Shown here piece after piece: positions 51,629-64,000 of a DNA stretch of 64,000 nt. The first letter of the stretch is position 1, and each line of letters starts with the position of its first letter. Source of the DNA: Callorhinchus milii (lineage: Eukaryota); NCBI RefSeq assembly GCF_018977255.1, contig NW_024704742.1, positions 136,340,001 through 136,404,000 on the forward strand. The letters are read 5' to 3'. The notes under the pieces are model-generated. The model was not told where the DNA came from. It was given only the letters and a program-made list of their open reading frames with translations, and did not search any database. Position numbers and translations under genes: made by a program.

Positions 51629-52777
51629 GTGAATTGACTGTATTTTGTGGGTAAAATACAGCAGCCAATTGCCCACAGCAATGTCCCACAAACAGTCATG
51701 GGTGACTAATTTATTATTTGAACTTTGACGTGAAAAGCACCATGTAAATGTAAGGTGTCTTACATTCTCTTTGACCGAGCCTTCAGCTCCCCTCTCGACT
51801 CTCTTCCCCCTCCTCGCTCCCTCCCTTCCCTCCCCTCACCCTGACCATTTCCCCTCTCCTCGCTCCCTCCCTTCCCTCCCCTCACCCTGACCATTTCCCC
51901 CCAATGCTCGGGTCATGACCCAACTGTGCAGCGCCTTGGGACGTCCTCCTGACATGAAAGGCGCTTTATAAATGGAATCTTGTTGTTGTTGTCTTGCACA
52001 TCAACAGACCATTCACTGTGCGTTTACAGGTTGTCGCAATAGCTGACTGTCCAACACCTTGAGACGTCCTTCTGACCAGTTCTGGCCCAATATCCTCACA
52101 CTCGTGTTCAAATCCATTCACTCCCTGGCACCTCCATAACTCTCTGATCTCCTCAATGCCCAATCTACCAACTGAAGCCTCCGTTCCACTGGCACCAGCC
52201 TCCTGCTTGTCCCTCGCACCCTCCGCTCCACCATTGTAGGTTGCACTTTCAGCCACTATCCTCCGAAACTCTGGAACACTCTCCCTAAATCTCTCCGCCT
52301 TGCCCCCACTCTCCCCTTTTTCAAGTCCTTCCTTTTCAACTGTGCTTATGGTCACCCCCTGGCTCGGAGTCAGGCTCCACCACTGTTAAAACACTCTGAG
52401 ACTCTACCCTGCGTGGAGGGCGCTATATAAAGCTGTTGTTGATGATGTGTGAGCTTTGGCAGTGAGTGTCGGCAGGCTACTCATCTGTAGAGGGTGCTAC
52501 AGCCTAAATCCCCACCGGAAGAAACTCTGTTCTATTTCCATGTCCACCTGAACAGATACAGACAGAACCTTGCCTTAACACCTCATCCGAAGAACAGCGG
52601 AGCCCTTCCCTAGACTGTGAGCTCAAAGTCCTAATATGGGGCTGGAACTCACAACCCTCTGACTCAGAGATGAGAGTGCTCCTGACCGAGCCAGGCTACG
52701 TTAAGGTGTAAAAACTGGGAAGCGTTTGTCATCCCCGCAAAGCATTTTTGATCAGAATTATGCTTCTGTGCTTTTAG

Positions 52778-52880
52778 TGGAAGAAAATGCAAAGAAACAG
52801 GAGGAATTGGCGGAGGAGCAGGACAGGATCGCAAAGGTCGTCAAAGAAATGAAAGAATTAAACAATGAAAGGGAGCAAAG
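52778..52880 (+). CDS. CFAP53: CFAP53 coding exon 7 (103 nt)
   Basis: (L)EENAKKQEELAEEQDRIAKVVKEMKELNNEREQ(R); TTTTAG acceptor, GTACGG donor. Confidence 0.92.
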
Positions 52881-53910
52881 GTACGGATTTGTAAGACGTG
52901 CCCGGTTTCAACCATAACACACTCATCAAGCAGCCCGACCGTAATCTTCCATACAAAATATAGAGTCACTGCACTTTACAATATATTGTGGTGAAGTACT
53001 CTGAGACATCTCAATGAGATGATATGGCACTATATCAAATGCAAGCATTATTATTATTCCTCAGCCCGACAGAGTTTAAAAAATTCCCTAATCACATACT
53101 CTATTCGAATAGTGCACTAGCATCTTTAACATCTAACTGACAGGCAGGTGGGTCCTTGGCTTAACGTCTCATCTGAAGAATGGCATCCCCCAGTACTGCA
53201 CTGCATCTTATTGTCTCCATGATCTTCTCCTACCTCACTGCCCTGCTCCGGTGATCAGGCCTTCAATTTCTACGCTCCCCACCTCTGGAACCCCTTGCCT
53301 TCTAACCTCTCCATCTCGCACCCTCCCATCCCCCTGCCCCTCTCTGTCTCTCTCTCTCTCTCGCTCTCTCTCTCTGGCTCTCTCTCTAACTCTAAGTCCC
53401 GTTTTAAAAACTTGCTTCTTCAACTGCCACTTCCCTTCTCTCCCGTTCCGTGCTCAGTGTCTGACAGCCCCACCCCCCCCCACCCCCAAAGCATTCCGAG
53501 ACATTACCATGAAGTGTGCTATATCAGTGAATGTTATTGTAATTACAATATTCCGTGCAGCGCTTTGAGATGATGTTATAAGGCACTATGTCAAACGTAA
53601 CGGTTATTTTATTGCTAATAGGAGTCCTGTAGTGTATTGGTTAGTGCTCTTGCCTCGTATGCAAGAAGACCCGGGTTCGATTCCCAGGCGGGCCACCAAC
53701 TATACAGTCAATTCACTTTACAGTATATTCTGTGTAGCGCTTTGAGACGACCTGATAATAATAATCCTTGCATTTCATATCATAATAAGGAACTATATGA
53801 ATTTCACTGATAATTTTATTGCTAATATAAACAGTCATTTGCACACCAATGACCTTGGTGGCCATACTGACCTCCCGAGTCACTAAAATCCACTCTCTCC
53901 TTGGCTGCAG

Positions 53911-54145
53911 AGTCAGGAAGATCAACAAGGACCTCCAGCAGGACCTTGCTGATCAGATCGAGTACCAGCAGCGGATTCGGGAGGCGGAGAAAGTGGAGGA
54001 GCAGACGAGGGCCGACATTATGAAGATGGAGGAAAAGAATTACCAGAAGAAAGTACAAGATGCCATCTCACAGTCTGGCGTTGAATCCGACAAGTCACAT
54101 CCCTGGAAAAAGTACTGCAAGGTCCACAAGGACGTGGAGTGTTAG
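53911..54145 (+). CDS. CFAP53: CFAP53 last coding exon (235 nt)
   Basis: VRKINKDLQQDLADQIEYQQRIREAEK...SHPWKKYCKVHKDVEC*. The eight exons sum to 1551 nt, i.e. 516 aa plus stop, with all phases compatible. Confidence 0.93.
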
Positions 54146-55702
54146 AACCACAGATCACTACACTGTAGACGCTGACATGAAGAATGAACGTAACATCAAA
54201 TGATCTAGATTTTATCTATTGTCTGAAAGTATACAGTATTTTATAATTCAACAGTGTCTTATGATGTGTTTTACTTTTTTGTTTGTTTAAGATGGATTTA
54301 AACCTGTTGATTTGAAAAGACTCTCGCGCACGTGTGTGTATTTTTCCCTTGTGTTGGCTTTGGTTTCTTTCTTCTTGCTATACCATCCTCCAAGGCAATT
54401 CAATGCAACCTGTTGCAGATCATAACACAGGTCATAGACTCATAGAATTATACAGCACAGGAACAGGTCGTCTGGCCCATCAACTCTGAGCCAGTGTTTT
54501 TCTCCCATATAAGGACCTAGTCTACCAAATACATCGTTGCCTACAAAATACGCAGTCACTGTGCTTTACAGTAAATCTTGTGAAGTGCTTTAAGACATCC
54601 TCCTGACACAAAAGGCACTGTATCAAATGTGAGGCTTATTTTTTTATTAGTCTAATTCCATGTTCTTCCATGTTCCTCCATAACCTTCCATTTCAAGAAT
54701 CTATGCAACTCCCTCTTAAAGTAATTTATGCCTCAACAACACGTTAAGCAGCGATCTCCATGCACTCACTGCCCACTGTGAGAATAGTTTCTAATCTCCC
54801 ACCCTTTTAATACTTTCTATGGTTATCTTAAATATGTTTAGTGTTAAAACTGACTCACTGACAAGTGGAAACAATCCATCACAATTTCCTGTAAGAATCT
54901 GTTGCTCTCCGTAGGGACTTCATTATCCGGGAGAGCCCCATCAGGTCACCTTTTCCATTCCCCAGACCTGAGGAACATAGGAACAGGAGTAAGCCATTAA
55001 GCCCTTCAAGACTGTTACACCACTCTGTTAGATCACAGCTGATCTGTACCTCAGCTCCATTTACCCATCTTTCCTCGATATCCCTTCATACGCTTACCTA
55101 AACCTATCTATCAACCTCAGCCTTGAAAATTCTAACTGGCCCAACGTCCACAGCCTTTAGGGGGAGAGTTTTGTATTCTTTGTGTGTAAAACTACTTCCT
55201 GATTTCACTCCTAGATGCCTTAGCTCCAATTTTAAGATGATGCCCCCCTTGTTTAGAGGAAACAGTTTCACAGTATCTACCCTACTGAGTCTCTTTATCA
55301 TTTTAAGCACAGAGTGGCCCAAGGATGGCATGATTTTGGTGATTAGAGGTGAGGAGATTGTGCTCAGGTGTTTTCAAACCCTTCTGATCTAATGTCCCTT
55401 CCTTATGGAATAAATTGTTGGTTGATTTGTAAACATAAATTGTGCGTTTAAATCATGGAGTCCTGTAGCAAAGTGGTTAGCGCGCTCACCTAGCAAGCGA
55501 GAGGACCCAGGTTTGATTCCCGGGCAGGGTGAGATTAGATTAGATTGGTGGATCACTTTGCTGGGGGTAATAATTCCCTTAAAATTAATAATAATAATTT
55601 TGTCACTCAATCCATGACTGTTTGTGGGACATTGCTATGCAGTCAATCCAGTCAATATGTCTTGTGAAGCCCTTTGAGACGTCTAAACAACATTATAAGG
55701 AT

Positions 55703-56013
55703 GTCCTGTAGCTCAGTGGTTAGAGCATTCGCTTTGTAAGCGAGACACCTGGGTTCAATTCCAGGCAGAGGGCGAAACCTCGGGCAAGTTTCCTTACTCC
55801 ACACACCTGATAATAATCCCTCCAAAACAAAACAATAATAAATTGGTCATTTTCAATCTACGACTGTTTGTGGGACGCTGCTGTGCGCAATTGGCTGCCG
55901 CGTTCGCCCACAAATATACGGTCAATTCACTTTACAGTATATTCCGTGAAGCGCTTTGAGACGTCGAGAAGACGTGAGAAGCGCTATATCAAATGCACGG
56001 ATTATTATTATTA
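55703..56013 (+). mobile_element. Young SINE, short subfamily variant
   Basis: Near-identical body, with junction ACTCCACACACCTGATAATAATCCC; a similar copy is at 22083-22387. Confidence 0.9.
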
Positions 56014-59000
56014 TAAGGATCATTATTATCAAATGCAAGGATTATTAAAATTAAATTGGAATTTAAATGAAGGTGTTTCAAAAAAGGAGGGGAGAGAACG
56101 AGGTATGTAATGTGACACTACACGTGTTACATGTCTTAAGTGGTGATCATGATCACATGTGGTATGTGTCACGTATTTGGTGATAACTATATGTTACATG
56201 TTGTATGATGATTACATGTTAGCTCAGCAAACACAGGCCAACAGCACGTCCTACAGCATCTTTCAGTTATCTTGCTTCCAACCTGTAGAGCCTCTGCCTC
56301 TACCCCCTTTGGGGTAAGATGGATGGTTGAGGCTAGAAGTTATTTAACAACTCATGTTCATGTGGACCACCTATTTCAAATGGGGAAATTTTAAAAACCT
56401 CTATCATGTCACCTTTGCTTTACAGGTAAAACAGCCCAAGTTCCTTTTGCTTGCATTGAGGTCAGCCAATACACACAGCAGTGCCCCACAAATAATCGCG
56501 GATTGAGTGACCACATTTTTTTTTGGAGGGATTATTACCCCCGGGCTTCACAAGACATATTGACTGGATTGACTGCACAGCAATGTCCCACAAACAGTCA
56601 CAAACTAACAAGCGGGTTCCTACTTACTGCTAGATAAACAGAGGCGTGTGAAGTAAGGAAATTCGTCTTAGGTTTCGTTCCACCCGTAAATTCAACCCAG
56701 GTCCTCTGAGATGTCAAAATGTTTCATAGACTACAGAGGCAATTGGACCATATTGATCATTTCTTATCTGGCCCAGATGGCAAGACGGGACTGGAGCCTT
56801 AGATATCCATTAGAGTATTTGATCATCTGTGACTGTAGTTTGCTGTAATTTTCAATCCCTTTTCTGTCTGTGTAAATCACAGATTAGTGTCTCAGGAAAG
56901 TGGCACACAGATTAATATTCAAAATCTAGGGTGGATTTCGTCTGACCATAATCATTAAAAAAAAGGAAATCCTTGCATTTGATACAGTGTCTTATCACAT
57001 CTTTGAGACGTCACAAAGGGTTTCATAAAATATACTATAAAGTGAATTGACTATATATTTTGTGGGCAAAACGCACAAATAATAATAATCCTTACATTTG
57101 ATACAACAGTGCCTTATCACATCTTCAAGACGTCTCCAGTTTGAATTTTGTCTGACCGCAATCATTAAAAAAAAGTCAACTGTGCACAGCACTGTAAGTA
57201 GGAACCTGGTTGTTAGTCAATCTGGGGTAATAAACCCTTACTCCACACGCCTCCGGTTATCTAGCAGTACGTAGGAATCCGGTTGTCAGTCAATTGGCGA
57301 ATCACTTAATACCTTCAAAAAAATAGTCCCTTCAAGAAAAATAATAATTTGGTCACTCAATCCCTGATTGTTTGCGGGACACTGATATGCGCAATTGGCT
57401 ACCAATTGCCAATTTCAGCGCCTCGTATTCTCGTTGATGTTGTTGCCACGAATCGCCCACAAAATATAGTCAACTCACTTAACAATATATTCTATGACGC
57501 GCTTTGAGACGTCTCGAAGACATGATAAAGCGTTATATCAAATTTAGGATTATTATTTATCATACATTTCGTGAAGCGCTTTGAGAAGTCGGGTAATGGA
57601 GTGTGACCATAAACCCTACCCAAGAAGAACTTGCATTTTTAATTGCTCCTTACACGTCGGATTTTGGTGGAAATTACCCAAAATTGGTAAACCTTGATAT
57701 TCAGAAAGTTTTGCGACGTTTCGCAATCTGACAAAATCAAACTTTCAGTGAAAAGAAAATCAAATGATATTACTTCCTATACACTGAACGGGCACATTGC
57801 ACAGAGTGACATCTACGGCAATCGAATGAGTCAGGGATCGGCCATTTTGTAGTTGAAAACTTCGAATGGGAAAGAAATGAATTAAAAGTCAAATTTTATC
57901 CATTGAAAATGAAACCCAGTCAGCGGGAAAAATGAGTCAAGCGGATTCAGGAGGGAAGTGGGGCGAGAGAATCGGTGGCGAGAAAACAAAATCATTTAAA
58001 TTGCAAGTGCATTCAGTGTTAAACGATGACGTAAGTAAAGAAACTTGTTAAAGGTTACGGAGCGAGAGAGTGGAAGGGAGTGGAAGGGAGTCAGAGGACT
58101 TGCTCAATGGTTTTGTCCATAAGATACAGATAGTCACATCAGTTCATAGTATATCTATGGCTTCTGATTTTCGGTTTTAATTTTATATATGTTGTGAAAC
58201 GATTTGAGACGCCTCAACGATGTCTATTATTATAGGATTATTATTACTATACTCTGTGATGCGCTTTGAAACATCTCAATGAACTGGTGCTATATCATAT
58301 GCAAGGATTATTATTATTAGAATGAGGTGGTATAACAGCGAAAATAGGGTGTTTGAAGGTTTAAAGGATCTTTGGCTGTTTCAGCTGCGTGTGTTAATTG
58401 TACATCCTCAACCCACAGAGCTCAGCACCTCCTCCTAAACCATTCATCTCACCAGCACTCCCCATTTTCAACTACAAAGCTACAATTGAGTGAATCCACG
58501 TTCTCAGTTCCTGAGCCAGGTGGGTCTGCAGTACCCTAGGACATTGCTGAAGACAACACAGCCCAGACCGGCTCACGCAGGACCTGGAAGGGCAGATCCA
58601 ATCACCGGGGACTGGGAATCTTCCCACTCAGCTTCTGGGAACCCCACAAACCAAAGCCCTAATGGCTCGGATGGTCTTAGCTGGACAAACATCGGAAAAG
58701 TTTGCCAGATCTTGACATGTGATGTTAGCTGGTTAGCTTCCAGCAGGGGCCCCAATACAAGAATTTCTCCAGTCTTCCCACTATATAGACATCATGGAAA
58801 CAGACCATCCGGCCCCACAGGTGTGTGTGTTTACACTCTAGATGAGTCTCCACCACAATCTATCTCTGGGATTTCCATGTGTAGGTGGGATGCATGGAAT
58901 TCTCAGTTGGTTTGGATAATATTAAGCAACGGTGATGGGTTTCCGCATGTGTAAGATACCCATTGCCTCTCCCTCTCCCCCCACCCCAAAAAAAAAATCC

Positions 59001-60399
59001 TAAATGGATCTCTCGATTTGTTTCTATTGGAATCAGTCAAGCATAGTTAAGCCTATCTCATGCATCAAACATCACTGCACTTCAAAAGCTATTACATTGC
59101 GCAAAGAAATGGAATGGGTGAGGCCGAGTGCACAAGAGCATTGATTTCTGTGTCATGTTATTAGGCAGGTTACAAGCTGATCAGCCAATCAGTTGGTAGC
59201 ACACTCACCTCTGGGTCATAAGGTTGTGGGTTCAAGCCCCACCCTGGCGCTTGAGCTCACACCCAAGGCTGGGGAGAAGGGGGGGGGGCAGGTGTCCTCT
59301 GTATTGTGGGAAGTACCACCCTTCACATAAAATTTGATTTGCAGGCAGGATGCAGCCTTAGGTAAGTTTCCTTACTCTCCACACCTCTACCTTGCAAGCG
59401 AGTAGGAACCTGGACTTTAATGGATTGACGGATTACTTTCTGAGGGTAATCATCACTTAATAAAAATCATAATAATTCAAGATCACCCATTCCAAGACTG
59501 TTTTGGGGGGAATTGTTGGCCAGGGCAAGGGGACAGGAAACTCCCTTCCCCTTTTCAAATAGAGCCACAGGATCTTTAACATCCACCCGAACAGGCAGAC
59601 AGCACCTCGGATTAACGTCTCGTCTGACGGACGGCACTTGCCACAGCACAGCAGACCCCTGATCACATCGTTGAGACATCTCAAAGCTCTTCACAGGATA
59701 TATTTTAAAGCGAATTGACTGTATTTTGTGGGGGAAACGCGGCAGCCAATCGTGGACAGCAGCGTCCCACACACAGTCGCGGATTGAGTGACCAAATTAT
59801 TATTATTATTTATCTACTTTGAAAGGATTATTAACCCCGGTTAGCGAACCGCCGATCGATCGACCGACCCAGTTCCTCTATATTTAATGAAGCGATGCCG
59901 TTTACCTCGCAGCAAGAAAGAACCCTACGTGTCAGTGGATCGTTTTCTGGTGGCAATAATCCATCCCCCCCCAAAAAAAATCCGTCACTTCAACCCACGA
60001 CCGTTTGGGGGTGTGGGGGGGTGGGGGGAGACACTGCCGTGCGCCATTTGGCGGCCCGCGTCTCGCCCCCCCAAAATATCGCTCAGCTTGCCGCACGGCC
60101 CGCGAAGTCGCTTCGAGGCGTCTTCGAAGGTCAAATGCAAGGGTTGGTGTAATTATTAGTGGTAAAGGTGAGGAGATGTTTCCTCACACCTGTCCCTCTC
60201 TCTCTCTCTCTCTTTCCTCACAGGTGAATGTGACTCTGATGATAAACATGAAGCGGAAGTCACCAGCAGATGGCAAAGTCTCCACAGCCTCTCAGGTTCA
60301 GGCTGTTTTTTTTTGCTGTTGAGGTGAGACACCAACAGGAGACATAGAAGTGGGAGCACCTGCTCTGTCTCGGACACATCTGGCGCCTGGGGGACCAGC

Positions 60400-60988
60400 T
60401 GTAAAGTTTATTTAAATCCAAAGGAAAGCATCACAGACCCTCCACCTTTCCCGGGACCCCCCAACACCATCGCCAACGAGGAACCCCGGTTTAACAGGAG
60501 CAGCGACCGGGGCGCGGATCGGGGGAGGTTCTCCCACAGGGAACTTTCTACCTGAGTAAAGGTCGCCGTGAGAGAGAGAGAGAAAGAGAGAGAGAGGAAT
60601 TCGCTTCCAACTGGGAGAAAAATGGCGACCAGGGAAACATTTATTCCTCGACGTCCAGAAGCGGTGGAGATGGAGAATTAAGGTCTCTCTCTCTCTCTCT
60701 CTCTGTGTGAGTGTCTGTGTGTGTGTGTCTGTGTGTGTGTCTCTCTCTCTGTGTGTCTCTCTCTGTGTGTCTCTCTCTCTGTGTCTCTGTGTGTGTGTCT
60801 GTCTGTGTGTGTGTGTGTGTCTCTGTGTCTGTGTGTGTCTCTGTGTGTGTGTGTCTCTGTGTCTGTGTGTGTCTCTGTGTGTGTGTGTCTCTGTGTGTGT
60901 GTGTCTCTCTCTCTCCCTCTCTCTGCCCGATGCACACAGGAGCCCCCGAGTTGTGGTCGGTCTCAGGCGCCTGTGAGAGGAGAACACC
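60400..60988 (+). promoter_or_regulatory. MYO5B: MYO5B promoter / 5' leader region
   Basis: CpG-rich; GC box GGGGCG near 60509; YY1-like AAAATGGCG 60619-60627; directly upstream of the first coding exon. Confidence 0.6.
60684..60925. repeat. Mixed (CT)n/(GT)n microsatellite upstream of the MYO5B start codon
   Basis: Directly visible. Confidence 0.95.
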
Positions 60989-61015
60989 ATGTCAACTTCA
61001 GAACTTTACAGCCAG
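60989..61015 (+). CDS. MYO5B: Unconventional myosin Vb, first coding exon (27 nt); the rest of the gene lies beyond the right edge
   Basis: ACACC ATG TCA ACT TCA GAA CTT TAC AGC CAG|GTGAGT = MSTSELYSQ, compared with human MYO5B MSVGELYSQ. Consensus donor, CpG-rich context, downstream of CFAP53 on the same strand as in human. Confidence 0.88.
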
Positions 61016-61197
61016 GTGAGTGGGGAGTGGGTGAGTGGGTGAGTGGGGAGGTGAGTGGGGAGAGGGTGAGTGGGGAGTGGGTGAGAGGAGTGGGTGAGTT
61101 GGGGAGTGGGTGAGAGGAGTGGGGAGTGGTGAGAGGAGTGGGTGAGTGGGGAAGTGGGTGAGAGGAGTGGGGAGTGGGTGAGTGACGTCAGTGAGTG
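61016..61197. repeat. G-rich degenerate tandem array (GGGTGAGT/GGGGAGT) at the start of MYO5B intron 1
   Basis: Directly visible. Confidence 0.9.
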
Positions 61198-61380
61198 GCC
61201 GCGGCGCTACATTGTAGCCATTGCGACAACAACAAACAAACAAACAAACGGCAACATTGTAGCCGCCGCGACGAAACGGCAACAATTGTAACAAAACCTC
61301 TCGGCGATTGTTCCCGGTGTCGCCGCGTTCCAATTCGATTGTATCCGCAAACCATCACTTGTTACACTGCCCGACATCAA

Positions 61381-62185
61381 CCCCCCCCTCTCCCCCCCCC
61401 TCCCCCTCTCACCCCTCCCCCACTCCCCTCTCACCCCTCCCCCCTCCCCCTCCCACCCTCTCCTCACACCTCTCCCTCCACCCTCTCCCCCCCCTCTCCC
61501 TCCCACCCTCTCCTCACACCCTCTCCCTCCCACCCTCTCCTCACACCCTCTCCCCCTCTCCCACCCTCTCCTCCACCCTCTCCCCCTCCACCCTCTCCTC
61601 ACACCTCTCCCCCCCTCTCCCCCTCTCCTCACACCTCTCCCCCTCCCACCCTCTCCTCACACCCTCTCCCCTCCACCCTCTCCCCCTCCCCCCCCCACTC
61701 CCTCCCACCCTCTCCCCCCCCTCCCCCCACCCTCTCCTCACACCTCTCCCCCCTCCCACCCTCTCCTCACACCCTCTCCCCCTCCCACCCTCTCCTCACA
61801 CCCTCTCCTCACACCCTCTCCTCACACCCTCTCCCCCTCCCACCCTCTCCTCACACTCTCCCCCCACTCCCCTCCCTCCCACTCTTACCTCACACCCTCT
61901 CCTCCCCCTCCTATTTCCCCTCCCTCCCACTCCCCCCAGCCTCTCCTCACACCCTCCCCCCCCACTCCCCCCTCTCTCTCCCCCCTACGCCCCCCTCTCT
62001 CTCCCCCTCTCTCTCCCCTCCCACTCCCTCCCCTCTCCCCCGCCTTTCTCTCCCACTCCCTTTCTCCCACTCCCCCCCTCTCTCCCCCCCTCCCACTCCC
62101 CCCTTCTCCCACTCTCCCCCACGCCCCACTCCTCTCCCACTCCTCTCCCCCCCCCACACCCCCCTCCCCCTCCTCACCCTTTTCC
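61381..62185. repeat. C/T-rich low-complexity tract with recurring CCCACCCTCTCCTCACAC units
   Basis: Directly visible; almost no G on the plus strand for about 800 bp. Confidence 0.95.
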
Positions 62186-64000
62186 TGTTGTCATCTACCG
62201 CTCCCCCACCCCCCCCAAAAAAATAATAAGAAGCCACTGTTTTAATCATCATCTTCATCATCATCAACGCCACACTAATAATTATCCTCGCATTGGCACA
62301 GCGTCTTTTCACGACCCCTCGAGACGTCTCAAAGCGCTTCCCAAGCGAATATGCTGTCAATTTTGGGGATAAATATCATATATATTTATACTATGTTATG
62401 TAATATACGGTAAAGTGGATTGACTTTGTGTTTTGTGGGCGAAACGCGGCTCCCAATTGCGCACAGCGGTGTCCCATTGCTCTCTGTGTCTCTGTCTGTC
62501 CCATCTCCTCTCTCTACCCCCTATTACCCCCCACCCCCCCCCCGACAACACAACTAACCAAAAATTGAGCTTTTTGTTTCTTTGCCATCGCTTTGGTTTT
62601 GGTTGTTTTTAATATATATTTTTTTTAAAAAAACACCAAAATCAGATTTTTTTTAGAAAAAAAAGACCTCGGATTGGCGACTCGATTCAGTTCAAGTCAA
62701 ATTGTAAATACAGCGATTAGTTTTTATATATAAAATATGATTAACCGCTTCTCGGATCAGATGAGTCTTGTGGCACAGGGAACAAACAGGTGGACAGTTT
62801 TGGGGAGGAAAGTAAGAGACGGGGAGGGAAAGATATATAAAAATTAGATTTTCGTTTGAAAAGCAAAAAAAAATCACTTTTTTTAAGTGATTTACACCTG
62901 AGATTCCACATTTTTGAATGAGTTGAGACCTAATAATGCTGTAAATGGGACAGAGAGAGAGAGAGCCTTTCTGATGTTGACAGAGGAATGGGGGGAGGAG
63001 AGAAACAAACAATGATATTACAGTATGAATGTGACTTGTTTGGTTTCGGTCAGTGATGACAGTATCTCGTAGCTGATGTCAGAGATTTTACATTTTGTTC
63101 CGCCTTCTGTGAGCCGTGCGTCTGTCTCTCTCGCAAGTTTCGACAGAACCAGTTCCTGTGTTGTAAAGTAATCAAATCAGTGTTTTCCACTCCCTTCCCC
63201 CTCTCTCTCTTTCTCTCTCCCTCTCTGTCTCCCTCCCCCTCCACCCTTACTACAATAACAACACAAAAAGTGTCACCTGCCTCCCAACGCCCCCCAACTC
63301 CCCCCAACTTTCCACAGCGCCTTTCACGTTGGGAGGACATCCCAAGGCGATGGGACAGGCTGGGATTTGGATCCGAGCTGGGGGTTGGGATTGGGTCGGG
63401 GGGGTGGAGGGCAGGGAGGGTGGGGGTAGGAGGGTGACCGAGGGCGATGTAAAAAAGGAGGGTCTTGAGACGGGCCTTGGAGACGAGGGAGGGAGTGAAG
63501 AGAAGGGACTGTGGGATGTAGTTCCAAAGGGTGGGGACAGAGAGGGTGAAGTCCTGACCGTCAAAGGTTGTAAATATTACATATATTATATATTTATAAA
63601 TATAATGTATTGTTTGTAATTTAGAACACGCGCACAGAACGCATTTAAGTAATTAGGGGACAGTAATTTAATACAATTACTTGTTGTCGATCGTATAGAA
63701 ATCAACATCACAGAAAGAGGCCATTCGGCCCATCCTTCTGGGCCAATGCTGAGAAAAATAACATTTATTACAAAAAAGTATTACAAAAAATGTGAAAACC
63801 CAGTTCTCTCCCACAAAATAGTTCACTTAATATATTCTGTGAAGCGCTTTGAGACATCTCAACAACATGATCAGGATTATTATCATTATTATTCTCTCCC
63901 TATAATATATTCACTGAACAGGCGTTTATCTAGTGTGGTTTTGAATGATCTGTTGATACAATCTTTGTGGTGACCAGTTCCACACCCTGACAACCCTCTG

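Noticed and set aside
56110..56220. Palindrome-rich patch (GTGATCATGATCAC, repeated ACATGT)
   Set aside because: Short and low in complexity; compatible with chance or slippage.
60540..60680. Minus-strand donor-like CAG|GTAGAA near 60550, suggesting an antisense exon at the MYO5B promoter
   Set aside because: A single moderate donor motif with no identifiable partner exon; not supportable without transcript data.
61195..62372. 343-aa and 354-aa Pro/Ser/Leu-rich ORFs
   Set aside because: Translation of the C/T low-complexity tract in MYO5B intron 1.

Overview
Vertebrate genomic DNA, most likely a cartilaginous fish and probably a chimaera (inferred from the Deu-domain SINE, L2 and CR1 repeat content and the protein divergence). 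Four genes are readable, in the order and orientation MAPK4(-) <- SKA1(-) <-> CFAP53(+) -> MYO5B(+). MAPK4 contributes only its first coding exon (10957-11502); later exons lie beyond the left edge. SKA1 is complete (6 coding exons, 762 nt, 253 aa) and CFAP53 is complete (8 coding exons, 1551 nt, 516 aa). MYO5B contributes a 27-nt first coding exon (MSTSELYSQ) that the ORF track misses. SKA1 and CFAP53 share a ~0.6-kb CpG-island bidirectional promoter with cell-cycle motifs (CHR, E2F, CCAAT) on the SKA1 side and three RFX X-boxes on the CFAP53 side; MBD1 and CXXC1, which separate these genes in human, are absent. The rest is dense in tRNA-headed Deu-domain SINEs, L2 and CR1 fragments, one repeat family I cannot name, and three large G/C-skewed tandem arrays next to promoters. 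I see no new protein-coding system. The most interesting signals are regulatory and evolutionary: the dual-programme promoter, one-directional AT->GC drift of SINEs beside promoters, arrays of GTGAGT splice-donor hexamers after first exons, and a CpG-decay gradient in a G-quadruplex minisatellite.
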